A DNA stretch of 64,000 nucleotides from Candidatus Levyibacteriota bacterium. Lineage in GTDB: Bacteria; Patescibacteriota; Microgenomatia; Levybacterales; UBA12049. The DNA lies in the NCBI GenBank assembly GCA_016182185.1, contig JACOXU010000001.1, positions 466,915-530,914 on the forward strand, read 5' to 3'. The notes beneath the pieces were generated by a model. It saw only the letters and a list, made by a program, of their open reading frames with translations. It was not told the DNA's origin and made no database searches. The position numbers and the translations under genes were made by a program. Positions 27,373 through 38,217 of the stretch are shown one piece after another. Position 1 is the stretch's first letter. Every line of letters starts with the position of its first letter.

Positions 27373-27686
27373 CTATTAAACCCAGGTATACGCAGTATGT
27401 CAACTGCAATGACTTGGATAAATATAAAACCAAAAATTGCCAAAAGTAATCCTGCAATTGCATAGTAAATGTAGTTTTTCCCAGAGGCAACTCTTGCAGG
27501 ATTTCCCGAAGAGGTAAGAATGGTATAGCCTCCCAATATGATAAACAGAAGTGCCACGCCGCCAATAAGACCTAACCCAATTCCATAGGTTTTTGCTACA
27601 AAACCAACCGGATCGGTGGGAATACAAGCGATGTCTGTGGCTATTTCATTGGCGCCACAATTGAGTGCAGCAAGAAGCGCTAACAT
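27369..27686 (-). CDS. TrbC/VirB2-like pilin
   Basis: GGVALLFIILGGYTILTSSGNPARVASGKNYIYYAIAGLLL, a two-helix hairpin typical of CPR pilins. Confidence 0.75.
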   Translation of the reverse strand: MLALLAALNCGANEIATDIACIPTDPVGFVAKTYGIGLGLIGGVALLFIILGGYTILTSSGNPARVASGKNYIYYAIAGLLLAIFGFIFIQVIAVDILRIPGFNR

Positions 27687-27711
27687 AATTTTATGTTAGC
27701 ATAATCAATAT

Positions 27712-28605
27712 TTAAAACCAACCCTTTTTCTTATCGGTTTTCTCGAATTCTTCAAGAAGTTCTTTCTGTTTACTGTTTAAGTGTTTTGGAACAATAACTT
27801 TTATTCTCACATAATGATCTCCTCTTGCCGAGCTTTGAACAACTGGAGCGCCCCTATGCCTTAATCTAATAACAGTATCTGGTTGGGTACCAGATGGTAT
27901 TCGAAGTTTAACCGGACCATCAATTGTTTCAACGGCTATAGTGTCCCCCAAGGCTGCCTTGATAAACGAGACCTCTATTTCTGAGATAATATTCGGACCC
28001 TCTCTTTTAAATCTTTTGTCAGGGGTTACTTCGATCAGAATATCATAGTCACCGAAACGAATTCTTGAACCGGTATCAACACCTTTAGGAATCTTTATCG
28101 TCTGTGTTTTGCCGTCAACTGTAACTCTTTTTGTAACCCCCTTCATAGCTTCCATAAAATCTATAGTTACTCCATAAACAGGTCTTCGGGCTCGCTGTGT
28201 AAAGGGAGAACCGCCGCCAAAAAACTGTTCAAATATTTCAAAAGGGTCTGTAAATCCTCCAAAATCAAAGTCATTTGTTCCACCACCAGTTGTATACGTA
28301 TAAGTAAATGGACCATAACGGCCCTGCCTTGATTCTCCCTGAAAACCTCCGCCAAAAGGACTGCCGCCAGGATATCCTTGGGAAAATGCAGCCGGTCCAT
28401 ATTGATCGTAAGTTTGTCTTTTGTTAGAATCAGACAAAACTTCGTAGGCCTGAGTTATTTCTTTGAATTTTTCATGAGCCTCTTTTGATTTATTGCGATC
28501 CGGATGATAGGCGAGTGCAAGCTTTCGATAAGCCTTTTTAATCTCATCTCCGGTTGCATTTTTTGAAATGCCTAAAATCTTGTAATAATCTTTTTCACTT
28601 GCCAT
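27712..28605 (-). CDS. dnaJ: DnaJ chaperone (no zinc-finger domain)
   Basis: J domain DYYKILG...YHPD, G/F-rich region, C-terminal domain; follows dnaK. Confidence 0.93.
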   Translation of the reverse strand: MASEKDYYKILGISKNATGDEIKKAYRKLALAYHPDRNKSKEAHEKFKEITQAYEVLSDSNKRQTYDQYGPAAFSQGYPGGSPFGGGFQGESRQGRYGPFTYTYTTGGGTNDFDFGGFTDPFEIFEQFFGGGSPFTQRARRPVYGVTIDFMEAMKGVTKRVTVDGKTQTIKIPKGVDTGSRIRFGDYDILIEVTPDKRFKREGPNIISEIEVSFIKAALGDTIAVETIDGPVKLRIPSGTQPDTVIRLRHRGAPVVQSSARGDHYVRIKVIVPKHLNSKQKELLEEFEKTDKKKGWF

Positions 28606-28623
28606 AGGTTACACTATTATACT

Positions 28624-28646
28624 AAAAAGGCGCGTTTACAGCGCCT
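28624..28646 (-). terminator. Putative intrinsic terminator after dnaK
   Basis: Minus strand AGGCGC-tgtaaac-GCGCCT followed by TTTT. Confidence 0.55.
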
Positions 28647-28660
28647 CAATATTTATCTGC

Positions 28661-28768
28661 GCGGGGAGCTTGCAAAATTTTCGCTGTGAACATTTGTGCC
28701 CTCTATCTTGAGTTTCTGAATTACATTGTTCACATTGTGAACACGAAAATTTTGTGAGCAACCTCAGC
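28661..28768. repeat. Dispersed ~110-bp inverted-repeat element, intergenic copy (dnaK-dnaJ)
   Basis: GCGGGGAGCTTGCAAAATTTTC ... internal hairpin TGTTCACA-T-TGTGAACA ... GAAAATTTTGTGAGCAACCTCAGC; homologous to 13365-13476. Confidence 0.85.
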
Positions 28769-28777
28769 GCTTAATTC

Positions 28778-30682
28778 TTAATTAACTACTTCTCCCTCAA
28801 CAGGTTCCTCCGTCTTAGGCTCTTCTGTCTTTGTCTCTCCGTCTGTCTTTGCCTCTTCTCCTGTTTTCTTTTCTCCATCTGACGGAGATTTACTTTGATA
28901 CATAGCCTGACCTATTTTCTGAAGGGAATCAGAAAGTTCTTTTGTCTTTTCTTCTAAATCTTCCTTTGTCCCGCTATCAAGAATGCTCTTAAGATTTGAG
29001 ATTTTTTCTTCTACTTCTTTTTTAAGCGACTCATCTGCCTTGTCTCCTGCCTCTCGTAGTGTCTTCTCGGCGGTAAAGATAAGTGAATCGGCTGCATTTT
29101 TGGTCTCAATTAAGTCTTTTTTCTCTGTATCTTCCTTCGCGTGTTCCTCTGCCTCTTTGGTCATTCTCTCAACTTCATCTTTGGTCAATCCGGTTGATCC
29201 GGTAATCTTGATACTTTGTTCCTTGCCGGTTGCCTTATCTTGTGCTTTTACTTTTAAGATTCCATTGGCATCAATGTCAAAAGTAACTTCAATTTGTGGC
29301 ACTCCACGAGGTGCGGGAGGAATACCATCTAAGATAAAACGTCCAAGTGACTTATTATCAGAGGCCATGGGGCGCTCACCTTGAAGAATATTAATTTCAA
29401 CCTGTGTCTGATTATCGGCTGCAGTTGAAAATACTTGAGATTTTGATGTTGGAATAGTTGTATTTCTTGAGATAAGGGGGGTAGAAACTCCTCCTAAAGT
29501 TTCTATTCCAAGTGTCAAAGGAGTAACATCCAAAAGAAGAACATCCTTCACTTCCCCTCCCAATACTCCTCCCTGAATTGCCGCGCCGATTGCTACGACC
29601 TCATCCGGATTTACTGATTTATTCGGTTCTTTACCAAAGAATTTGCTGACGGCCTCGACAACTTTTGGCATTCTTGTCATTCCGCCTACCATAACGATTT
29701 CATCTACATCTGAGGTTTTGATCTTAGCATCCTTCAGAGCAAGCTCAACCGGCTTTATGGTTTTTTGAATCAAAGGATCAACTATTTGTTCAAGTTTTGC
29801 TCGGGTTAATGTCATTGTCAGATGCAAAGGACCATCTTTTCCTTGAGTAATGAAGGGCTGATTAATTTGAGCCTCCTGGGTGGATGATAATTCTATTTTT
29901 GCTTTTTCTGCTGATTCTTTAAGTCTTTGAAGAGCCTGAGGATCTTTTTTTAGATCTACTCCGTGTTCTTTCTTAAATTCCTCAGCAAGATAATCAATAA
30001 TTGCTTTATCAAAATCATCTCCTCCCAAATGAGTATCTCCATTGGTTGATTTTACTTCATATACTCCCTCTCCAAGTTCAAGAATTGAGATATCAAATGT
30101 TCCTCCTCCTAAGTCATAAACTGCAATCGTGTGTGCATTTTTCTTATCCAGTCCATAGGCCAAAGCGGCAGCGGTTGGTTCATTAATAATTCTTAAAACC
30201 TCAAGTCCGGCGATTTCTCCTGCCTGTTTGGTAGCCTGGCGTTCACTGTCATCAAAATAGGCTGGCACTGTAATTACTGCTTGTGTAATTTTTTCTCCCA
30301 GATACGTTTCGGCATCTTTTTTAATTTTTTGTAGAATTTGAGCGGAGATTTCCTGGGGGGTAAAAGTTTTACCATCGACTTCAACCAACGCCATACCATC
30401 ACGTCCTCCCTTTACTGTATATGGCAGCCATTTAAGATCGTACTGGACTGATTCATCCTTGAATTTTCGTCCGACAAGTCGCTTGATGGAATAAATAGTT
30501 GTTTTGGGCTTGAGCACCAATTGGCGTTTTGCCACATCTCCCACAACATGAGAAATCGGATCTACAACCGACGGTATGACATTTCTGCCTTCTGCTGAAT
30601 GTATAACTTTGGGACTTCCTCCTTCCATCACGGCAACACATGAATTTGTTGTACCTAAATCTATTCCAATTATTTTTCCCAT
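28778..30682 (-). CDS. dnaK: Chaperone DnaK
   Basis: [44 protein letters not shown]. Confidence 0.99.
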   Translation of the reverse strand: MGKIIGIDLGTTNSCVAVMEGGSPKVIHSAEGRNVIPSVVDPISHVVGDVAKRQLVLKPKTTIYSIKRLVGRKFKDESVQYDLKWLPYTVKGGRDGMALVEVDGKTFTPQEISAQILQKIKKDAETYLGEKITQAVITVPAYFDDSERQATKQAGEIAGLEVLRIINEPTAAALAYGLDKKNAHTIAVYDLGGGTFDISILELGEGVYEVKSTNGDTHLGGDDFDKAIIDYLAEEFKKEHGVDLKKDPQALQRLKESAEKAKIELSSTQEAQINQPFITQGKDGPLHLTMTLTRAKLEQIVDPLIQKTIKPVELALKDAKIKTSDVDEIVMVGGMTRMPKVVEAVSKFFGKEPNKSVNPDEVVAIGAAIQGGVLGGEVKDVLLLDVTPLTLGIETLGGVSTPLISRNTTIPTSKSQVFSTAADNQTQVEINILQGERPMASDNKSLGRFILDGIPPAPRGVPQIEVTFDIDANGILKVKAQDKATGKEQSIKITGSTGLTKDEVERMTKEAEEHAKEDTEKKDLIETKNAADSLIFTAEKTLREAGDKADESLKKEVEEKISNLKSILDSGTKEDLEEKTKELSDSLQKIGQAMYQSKSPSDGEKKTGEEAKTDGETKTEEPKTEEPVEGEVVN

Positions 30683-30685
30683 ATT

Positions 30686-31147
30686 TTATCCTTTCTTTCC
30701 TACTATTACTTGAGCTGGTCTTAAAACTTTTTCTTCCATAATATATCCTTGCTTTATTTCTTCAATGACTATTCCCTCTTGTCCTGAGCCTGTCGAAGGG
30801 TCGACTTCTCTTGCTTGCACGCATTCCATAACTTTTGGATCAAATTCTTTACCCTTGGTTTCTATCTGTTTTACTCCTTCGTTTTCTAGTATATCCAAGA
30901 ATTTTTTTATACTCAAGGCTACTCCCTCATCTTTTGTATGTTTTTCAGCCAAGATAAGTGCGTCAAGAGCCGGCAAAAGTCTAAGTATCAAGCCTTTATT
31001 TGCCGATCTTATGAGATCTTCTCTTTCAAGCGCTACTCTTTTCTCAAGGTTCTGATAATCTGCTAATGTTCGTTTTAATTGTTCTTCAAGCTCTTTCTCT
31101 TGTGTTTCTAATTTTTTTGTTTCTTCTTGCTTTGCTCTTTTTGCCAT
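30686..31147 (-). CDS. grpE: Nucleotide exchange factor GrpE
   Basis: RTLADYQNLEKR, FDPKVMECV, GYIMEEKVLRPAQVIV; between hrcA and dnaK. Confidence 0.95.
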   Translation of the reverse strand: MAKRAKQEETKKLETQEKELEEQLKRTLADYQNLEKRVALEREDLIRSANKGLILRLLPALDALILAEKHTKDEGVALSIKKFLDILENEGVKQIETKGKEFDPKVMECVQAREVDPSTGSGQEGIVIEEIKQGYIMEEKVLRPAQVIVGKKG

Positions 31148-31197
31148 TTTCTCATTATTTTATTTTATTTTTTATTTTCAATATTTAATATTGAAGC

Positions 31198-31929
31198 TTA
31201 CCATCCTTCAGCAATTTCACTGATTAGATTTCCGTAATATCTGACCGTAGGTATTACAGAAGTATAATTTAATCTATTCGGACCAATCACGCCAATTTCT
31301 CCAACTGAATGCTTTGGGGTTTTGTATTGGGTAAAGATAAATCCATAAGGACCCTTAAGCCTTGGGCCCAATTCCTCACCCAAGAGTATATGAATATCTT
31401 CATCGTCAATTGTCTTTGCAAAGATATCATTAAAAAATTCAAACTCATCAAGTACGCTGAGTAAATTTTTGGTGATATCTATATCAAAAAATTCAGGCAT
31501 ATCTAATATATTTGAATACCCGGAGCAGAAAATATCTCCCTCTTCATTTGCTGCAATCGCCACAGACTTAGTCTTCTCAGCCAGTGATTTAGTAAGTTCT
31601 TTTAAAAGCCGCTGTTGTTTGGCTCTATAATCCCAGACTTTTTCTTTAAGCTGTACTTCCTCGGTCACTGAAATTTCCTTTTCTTTCATTAGCTGACTTA
31701 CATAAAATTTCATACCCATAGGAGTTGGTGTTCTTCCTGCAGATGAGTGGGGTTTTTGAAGATAACCAAGCTGGGTTAATTTGACCATTTCATTTCGAAT
31801 CGTTGCCGGAGAAGCAGAGATATTGTGTTTTTTTTCCAAAGTCTCAGAGCCCACAGGAGCTGCTGTCTCAATATATTCTTCAATAAGATTTTTTAGAATT
31901 TCGACTTGTCTTTGTGTTAAATTATGCAT
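31198..31929 (-). CDS. hrcA: Heat-inducible transcription repressor HrcA (short form)
   Basis: IEEYIETAAPVGSE, SPATIRNEM, KPHSSAGRTPT, GVIGPNRLNY. Confidence 0.95.
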   Translation of the reverse strand: MHNLTQRQVEILKNLIEEYIETAAPVGSETLEKKHNISASPATIRNEMVKLTQLGYLQKPHSSAGRTPTPMGMKFYVSQLMKEKEISVTEEVQLKEKVWDYRAKQQRLLKELTKSLAEKTKSVAIAANEEGDIFCSGYSNILDMPEFFDIDITKNLLSVLDEFEFFNDIFAKTIDDEDIHILLGEELGPRLKGPYGFIFTQYKTPKHSVGEIGVIGPNRLNYTSVIPTVRYYGNLISEIAEGW

Positions 31930-31977
31930 AGTAAAAACTCAAAAATTAAATCTCAAATGTCAAAACTTGAGATTGGA

Positions 31978-32004
31978 TTAGCACTAATATAGCATGACTG
32001 CTAA
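31978..32004 (-). promoter_or_regulatory. CIRCE operator overlapping the hrcA promoter
   Basis: TTAGCACTA-N9-GACTGCTAA versus consensus TTAGCACTC-N9-GAGTGCTAA; minus-strand TTGACA (32014-32009), 17 nt, TATATT (31991-31986). Confidence 0.88.
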
Positions 32005-32109
32005 TTTCTGTCAAGACCCAAAATTATTATTTTCAAATTTTGAGTCGCATATTCTAAGCCTGTCAAATGCATCAAGGCTTGATTCAAATATTTGTGCTAA
32101 ACTGAATTT

Positions 32110-32445
32110 ATGAGACGAGGAAAAAGACCATTTTGGCTGTTAGCTATTAGTCTTTTGTCATTAGTTTTTTTAATCTACTTAATCGTTTCTTTGTCTCCAA
32201 ATTATCAATTCTCAACTCTCAATTTTCAACTTCCGATATTACCGGTTTTTCTTCTCACCGTTTTTTTGTCTCTTTTCTTTTCTTTCTCTTATATTTTCAT
32301 CAATTTCAGAAGAGGTTTTGTTGTAGGATTATTTACCGTAACTTATCTACTTCTCAGACTTTTTGACCTAACTCACATTTTTTTTCTAATAATCCTCACA
32401 ATCCTCTTCCTTACTCTTGAATTATTTTTCTCATATAAAAAATAA
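32110..32445 (+). CDS. Small multi-TM membrane protein
   Basis: 111-aa hydrophobic ORF with about 4 TM segments. Confidence 0.7.
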   Translation: MRRGKRPFWLLAISLLSLVFLIYLIVSLSPNYQFSTLNFQLPILPVFLLTVFLSLFFSFSYIFINFRRGFVVGLFTVTYLLLRLFDLTHIFFLIILTILFLTLELFFSYKK

Positions 32446-32480
32446 TTTGACAACTGCTGGCTAATTGTTATAATTGCCTT

Positions 32481-32879
32481 GTGACTACAGAGACAAAAGA
32501 AGCTACGCACGATCCGCTTTGGATCAGATTTGATGAAAGAATAAGCATTTTTATAGATGGTAGGCCAGATCAAGAGGAGGAAGCATTGGAGTGGCTTGTT
32601 ACATTAACACAATTCTTCGGCCCAGAGACAAGACACAAAGAAGATTTTGGCGTAAGAGATATTGAATCAGTACTTACGAAACTGATGAGAAACCGAATTG
32701 AATGGAATAGAAAGCAAGGTCGACAAGTAACTGAAGAGCAATTTGTTGATTGGGTTTTCGAAGAGCCGGTTCCCGAATTGTTACCCCCAGGCTGTTCAAC
32801 TTTAGATTTAATTATGAGAAAAGTTATGCCTGCTGGCGAATTTTTTGGGCCTATGCCAAAAGAGTTTAAAAAATATTAA
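32481..32879 (+). CDS. Hypothetical protein
   Basis: 132-aa ORF, GTG start 6 nt after a TTGACA-16-TATAAT promoter motif. Confidence 0.65.
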   Translation: MTTETKEATHDPLWIRFDERISIFIDGRPDQEEEALEWLVTLTQFFGPETRHKEDFGVRDIESVLTKLMRNRIEWNRKQGRQVTEEQFVDWVFEEPVPELLPPGCSTLDLIMRKVMPAGEFFGPMPKEFKKY

Positions 32880-32924
32880 TTCCTTGTCCGCGTTTACCTT
32901 CTCTGATAAAATTACTTCACAGCT

Positions 32925-34343
32925 ATGAATAAATTTTATATAACCAATGCGATTCCTTATGTAAATGCCAAGCCTCATATCGGACATGCGCTCGAATTTG
33001 TGCAATCAGATGTCATTGCCAGATACCAAAGACAAATCGGAAATGAAGTAATACTTCTCTGCGGATCTGATGAGAATGCTTTGAAGAATGTTCAGGCCGC
33101 AGAGCAAGAGAAAATCTCCGTGCAGGAATTGGTCGATCGAAATTCCAAACTTTTTGAAGAACTTGCAGTAAAATTGAATGTTCAATTCGATATTTTCCAA
33201 AGAGGAAGTGATCCCAAGCATCACAAATCATCACAGGAACTGTGGAATTTGTGTTTTAAAAACGGCGATATATACAAGAAAAAGTATACGGGGCTTTATT
33301 GCGTCGGATGCGAATTATTTTATGAGAAAAATGAACTTGATGAAAATGGAGAATGCTTAGAGCACCCGGGTAAAAAACTCGACGAGGTTTCTGAAGAAAA
33401 TTATTTCTTCAAACTTTCCAAGTACCAAAATGAAATTGAAAAAATTATAAAATCCGATCAAATTCAAATAATTCCGCAAAATAGAAAAAATGAAGCACTG
33501 GAATTTATTAAACTTGGTCTTCAGGATATAAGCATTTCCCGCTCAAATGAAAGGGCCAAAAACTGGGGTGTTTCGGTTCCAAACGACCCAAGTCAAAAAA
33601 TGTATGTTTGGTTTGATGCTTTAAATATTTATAGAAGCGGGGCGGAGAAATGGTGGCCGGCAGATCTACACGTAATCGGTAAGGGAATTTTAAGATTCCA
33701 TGCGATTTATTGGCCCGCCTTTCTTCTCTCAGCAGGTCTTAAGCTTCCCAAAAATATTTTTGTCCATGAATACATTACGGTTAATGGACAAAAAATGTCA
33801 AAAACTCTCGGCAATATTATTGATCCGATTGATTTAATCAAAAAATATGGCCCAGAGGCTCTTCGTTACTATCTCCTTCGTTATATTTCTCCTTTTTCGG
33901 ACGGAGATTTCTCAGAAGATAAGTTTATCAAAGCATATAATGCAGACCTGGCAAATGGATTGGGGAATCTTATTGCCCGCGTCGCCAAACTTTGTGAAAC
34001 AGAAAACTATACTCAAATGGGTTCCAGGATCAATGTTTCAGCCCACATTATAAATATTGAGAAATACTCGGAGGCAATCTTGAATTTTCATTTTAATGAT
34101 GCTTTATCTCTCGTCTGGGAAAAGCTTGCCGGCATTGATAAATTTATCAGTGCTGAAAAACCATGGATTCTAATCCAGGAAAAAAATCCCAGAATAAAAA
34201 GTATTCTCTCCCATCTTATTGATCAGATTCAAGAGGTCGCAGCGCTTCTTGAACCATTTCTTCCCGAAACCGCCCAGAAAATCGAAGATCAATTCAAGGG
34301 TCCCAAAATAATTTCTGGCGCACCCTTATTTCCCAGAATCTAA
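32925..34343 (+). CDS. metG: Methionine--tRNA ligase
   Basis: YITNAIPYVNAKPHIGH, YVWFDAL, KMSKT; upstream of tatD. Confidence 0.97.
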   Translation: MNKFYITNAIPYVNAKPHIGHALEFVQSDVIARYQRQIGNEVILLCGSDENALKNVQAAEQEKISVQELVDRNSKLFEELAVKLNVQFDIFQRGSDPKHHKSSQELWNLCFKNGDIYKKKYTGLYCVGCELFYEKNELDENGECLEHPGKKLDEVSEENYFFKLSKYQNEIEKIIKSDQIQIIPQNRKNEALEFIKLGLQDISISRSNERAKNWGVSVPNDPSQKMYVWFDALNIYRSGAEKWWPADLHVIGKGILRFHAIYWPAFLLSAGLKLPKNIFVHEYITVNGQKMSKTLGNIIDPIDLIKKYGPEALRYYLLRYISPFSDGDFSEDKFIKAYNADLANGLGNLIARVAKLCETENYTQMGSRINVSAHIINIEKYSEAILNFHFNDALSLVWEKLAGIDKFISAEKPWILIQEKNPRIKSILSHLIDQIQEVAALLEPFLPETAQKIEDQFKGPKIISGAPLFPRI

Positions 34344-34352
34344 TTTAGACTT

Positions 34353-35159
34353 ATGGTAGATGTACACTGCCATCTAAACTTTCATTCTTTTGAAAAAGAT
34401 TATGATGAGGTTATTAAACATGCCTCAAAAAACGGAGTTAAAAAAATAATAAATGTAGGTACTAAGATTGACTCAAGCCAAGAAGCAGTTGAATTGGCTA
34501 AAAAGTATGAGAATCTTCATGCAATCGTCGGTGTTCATCCTCATCATGCAGATAAATTGGAAAGAAATTGGATATTAGAACTTGAGAAACTTACCAAAAA
34601 TCCTAAAATCGTCGGCATCGGAGAATGCGGAATGGATTTTTACCGATATAAATCAAACGATATAGTTGATCCTAGCCTTCAAAAAGAAGTCTTTATTAAG
34701 CAGATAGAACTTGCTTATAAACTTAAACTTCCACTTCAGATTCATAACCGTCACGCGGGAAAAGAAATTATCGAAATTCTCACACATCATAAATCTTCTC
34801 TTTTAAATACTCCTGGTATGTTTCACTGCATGTCGGGAAATATTGAATTATTAAAAGGGGTACTTGAGCTTGGTTTTTATATTGGGTTTGACGGAAATAT
34901 TACATATAAAGGTATCGCGCCCGGAGAAGATACTTTTTTGCCTGATTTGGTCAAATATACGCCTCTTGATAGGATAGTTACAGAAACAGACAGTCCATTT
35001 CTGACACCTGAGCCTTACCGAGGTAGAAGAAATGTTCCCTCGTATGTTATAATTGTGGGTGAATCCATAGCAAAAATTAAAAACGCTTCTTTCGCCGAAG
35101 TTAATAAAATTACAACCGAGAACGCAATGAATTTATTCAAACTAAACGCTATGCCCTAA
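34353..35159 (+). CDS. tatD: TatD family DNase
   Basis: DVHCHL, VGVHPH, GIGECGMD, IHNR, ETDSPFL. Confidence 0.95.
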   Translation: MVDVHCHLNFHSFEKDYDEVIKHASKNGVKKIINVGTKIDSSQEAVELAKKYENLHAIVGVHPHHADKLERNWILELEKLTKNPKIVGIGECGMDFYRYKSNDIVDPSLQKEVFIKQIELAYKLKLPLQIHNRHAGKEIIEILTHHKSSLLNTPGMFHCMSGNIELLKGVLELGFYIGFDGNITYKGIAPGEDTFLPDLVKYTPLDRIVTETDSPFLTPEPYRGRRNVPSYVIIVGESIAKIKNASFAEVNKITTENAMNLFKLNAMP

Positions 35160-35178
35160 TTGCTTAGCACTAAAACAT

Positions 35179-36669
35179 ATGACAAATTTCTTTAATGCTA
35201 TTTTTACTCGTTATCCCATTAAATCAAGACGGTTTCTGGAAATACTGCCGGGTTTATTCTCATGGACACTTATTACCTTTCCCATTTGGGGTTCGCTAAC
35301 CATTCCTTTCGTCGTAGCCTATTTTATTTTATTTTTTGATATTTACTGGTTTTATAAATCATTCGTGGCTGCTACAACCGCATACATTGCTTCAAATAAA
35401 ATCAAGGAGGCAGAAAAAAAGAACTGGCTTCTTAAAGCATCTGGCCTTGCTGATTTTGATAAAGTAAACCACGTAATTATAATTCCTAATTATAAAGAAA
35501 GAGTTGAAAAATTAAGAGAAACTTTAACAACAATTGCCAAACAAACATTCCCAATTAAAAGAATCTATGTAGTTTTGGCGATGGAACAAAGAGAAGAAGA
35601 TGCCAAACGAAAAGCTGAGACGCTAATGCTTGAATTCCAGGATATTTTTGGCGGAATATTTACAACATATCATCCAGATATAGAGGGGGAGGTCAAGGGC
35701 AAATCTTCAAATGAAGCATTTGCAGGAAAAGAAATTTATAAAATTTTAACAGCAAGAAACTTAGTCGATATGGATTTTACTACAGTTTCCTCTGTTGATG
35801 CAGATTCGATATTTGACATGCAATATTTCTCATACTTGACCCACAGCTTTCTGACCGATAATGATCGATATAAAAAATTCTGGCAATCAGCAAACGTAAA
35901 TTATAATAATTTCTGGAAGATTCCCGCTCCAACCCGAGTAATTGCATTCTTCGGCAGCGTCTGGAGGATGGCCGTCTTAGTTCAAAAAGACAAATTAGTT
36001 TCAAACTCAACTTATTCGCTTTCTTTTAATCTTCTCAAAAACATCGGCTATTGGGATACGGACGTAATTCCTGAGGATTACAGAATTTTCTTTAAAGCTT
36101 TTTATCAACTTAAAGGTAACGTCTGGGTTGAGCCCATTTTTCTCAAAACTTCTATGGACGCGCCTCTTTCGACAAGCTATATCAAAAGCCTTAAAAATAA
36201 ATATGATCAGGAAAGACGCTGGTCCTGGGGAGTCTCAGATGATCCTCTATTTATTAAATGGTGGTTTACAGTGCCCAATGTTCCATTTTTGAGAAAAACG
36301 ATTATGCTTTATAATGTCTTGCTTGATCATTTCTTATGGCCGGTGAACTGGTTCATAATAACAATTGCAGCAAATATTATACCCTTTATTAATCCTGTTT
36401 TTTCCCGAACTACTCTTGGGTATAGACTCCCGAGCATCGCAGGAGCGATACTTACCTCTTGTCTGTTTGCTCTACTTGTTTTAATTCTCATTGATTTAAG
36501 ACATAGACCTCGAAATTCCACAAGTAAGGCGAGGCAATTTTTGTTTCCACTTGAGTTCATACTCTTGCCAATTGTTGGTTTCTTCTTCCACAGCCTTCCT
36601 GCAATAATCTCTCACACACAGCTTATGTTCGGCAAACGTCTTGAATATAAAGTAACTGAAAAAGCATGA
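35179..36669 (+). CDS. Membrane GT2-family glycosyltransferase
   Basis: IIPNYKE, DADS, IPED, QERRWSWG (QxxRW) with flanking TM helices. Confidence 0.88.
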   Translation: MTNFFNAIFTRYPIKSRRFLEILPGLFSWTLITFPIWGSLTIPFVVAYFILFFDIYWFYKSFVAATTAYIASNKIKEAEKKNWLLKASGLADFDKVNHVIIIPNYKERVEKLRETLTTIAKQTFPIKRIYVVLAMEQREEDAKRKAETLMLEFQDIFGGIFTTYHPDIEGEVKGKSSNEAFAGKEIYKILTARNLVDMDFTTVSSVDADSIFDMQYFSYLTHSFLTDNDRYKKFWQSANVNYNNFWKIPAPTRVIAFFGSVWRMAVLVQKDKLVSNSTYSLSFNLLKNIGYWDTDVIPEDYRIFFKAFYQLKGNVWVEPIFLKTSMDAPLSTSYIKSLKNKYDQERRWSWGVSDDPLFIKWWFTVPNVPFLRKTIMLYNVLLDHFLWPVNWFIITIAANIIPFINPVFSRTTLGYRLPSIAGAILTSCLFALLVLILIDLRHRPRNSTSKARQFLFPLEFILLPIVGFFFHSLPAIISHTQLMFGKRLEYKVTEKA

Positions 36670-36714
36670 CCCATTCGACAAGCTCAGGGTCATACTGAAC
36701 GAAGTGAACGTATG
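36666..36714. repeat. Tandem small palindromic element in a 42-bp intergenic gap
   Basis: ATGACCC-ATTCGACAAGCTCA-GGGTCAT overlapping CATAC-TGAACGAAGTGAAC-GTATG; core matches the grpE insert TTCGACAGGCTCAGG. Confidence 0.7.
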
Positions 36715-38217
36715 AAGTTATTGGCAAAAGCAGAAAAGAATAAAGACATCTGGTTTCTTATTAAGGTTTCTTTTATTTTTTTTCTTCTCAGGCTTCCTTC
36801 GCTCTTTGAGCCTAATTGGTACGGAGATGAAGGCATCTATCAAGTTTTAGGGACCGGTATACGAGCCGGCAGACTTCTCTATAAAGAAGTTTTCGATAAC
36901 AAACCGCCGTTACTTTATTTAATTTATGCAATATTCAATTCAGATCAATTCGCTGTAAGATTGGCGTCGCTTGTTTTTGGAATTTTAGCTTTAATTTTGT
37001 TCTTTTTGCTGGCAAAAAAACTTTTTAATCAAAATGGAGAAGGTCGAAAAACTGTATTTATCGCAACTTCCGTTTTTGGCCTTTTGTTCGCCCTACCTCT
37101 TCTTGAAGGCAACATTGCCAATGCCGAAAATTTTATGCTTTTTCCTATAATCACAGCGGGTTTTTTAATTTTCAGTTTTAGGGAAAAAATTTTACAAAGT
37201 AAAAAATCCAATAAAATATTATTCGTATCCGGCTTTCTCCTTGGACTCTCTTTTCTTTTTAAGATTGTCGGTGCTTTTGATTTTGTAGCGTTTTTAGTAT
37301 TTATTATATTAATAAATTTACCCCATAAATTAGCATTTAAATCATCAGATTTAAAAAATTATTTTTCTCCTTTGGTTAAACCAATTCTATATTTTGTATC
37401 TGGGTTTTCCGCTCCAATTTTTATCACCACAATATACTTTTTTATAAATGGTGCACTTGGAGACTTACTTATTGCAACTTTTGTACAAAACGTAGGATAT
37501 GTGGGTTATGGAAATAAATTATTTATTCCTCAAGGCTTCCTTATTCTGAAATTATTACTACTAATCGGTTTTCTCGTATTTTTATTTTCAAAGAGGGCTA
37601 AATTTTCCAAAACTACCTTATTTGTTTTAGCTTGGTTTGCATTTTCTCTTTTTAACGCTTATTTCTCGCAACGTCCATATACACATTATGTACTGGTATT
37701 AATTCCTAGTTTTTCATTGCTGATAGGGCTCGTTTTGTGGGACAAGAAATACCAAATTTTTAATCTTGTTTTGTTGATGATCTCGCTCCTATTTATTTTT
37801 AAAGATTTTAACTTTTATACAAAAATAATACCCTACTATCAAAATTTCAGTTCCTTTATAATGAGCACAAATTCAATTTCTTCCTACCAAGCTTTTTTTG
37901 ACAGAAAAACTCCGACGGATTATGAAGTTGCTCAGTTTATTAAATCAAAAACAACCAGTAAAGATAATATATTTATTTGGGGGAACAATGCCCAGCTTTA
38001 TACCCTGACTAATAAACTTCCGCCTGGCAAATATACTGTTGCCTATCATATTACTTATTACAAAGACGGAGCGAAAAATACTTATGATGGAATTTTGAAA
38101 ACCAAGCCTAAATTCATTATAGTGATGCCCAGTCAAAATATGCCTCCAATTCCCCTCGCAAATTATAATAAAAATTACGATATTAATAATGTCCTGATTT
38201 ATGAAAGAATTTTTTAA
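36712..38217 (+). CDS. GT-C (ArnT/PMT-like) membrane glycosyltransferase
   Basis: WYGDEGIY, LYKEVFDNKPPLLY, many TM helices. Confidence 0.8.
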   Translation: MKLLAKAEKNKDIWFLIKVSFIFFLLRLPSLFEPNWYGDEGIYQVLGTGIRAGRLLYKEVFDNKPPLLYLIYAIFNSDQFAVRLASLVFGILALILFFLLAKKLFNQNGEGRKTVFIATSVFGLLFALPLLEGNIANAENFMLFPIITAGFLIFSFREKILQSKKSNKILFVSGFLLGLSFLFKIVGAFDFVAFLVFIILINLPHKLAFKSSDLKNYFSPLVKPILYFVSGFSAPIFITTIYFFINGALGDLLIATFVQNVGYVGYGNKLFIPQGFLILKLLLLIGFLVFLFSKRAKFSKTTLFVLAWFAFSLFNAYFSQRPYTHYVLVLIPSFSLLIGLVLWDKKYQIFNLVLLMISLLFIFKDFNFYTKIIPYYQNFSSFIMSTNSISSYQAFFDRKTPTDYEVAQFIKSKTTSKDNIFIWGNNAQLYTLTNKLPPGKYTVAYHITYYKDGAKNTYDGILKTKPKFIIVMPSQNMPPIPLANYNKNYDINNVLIYERIF

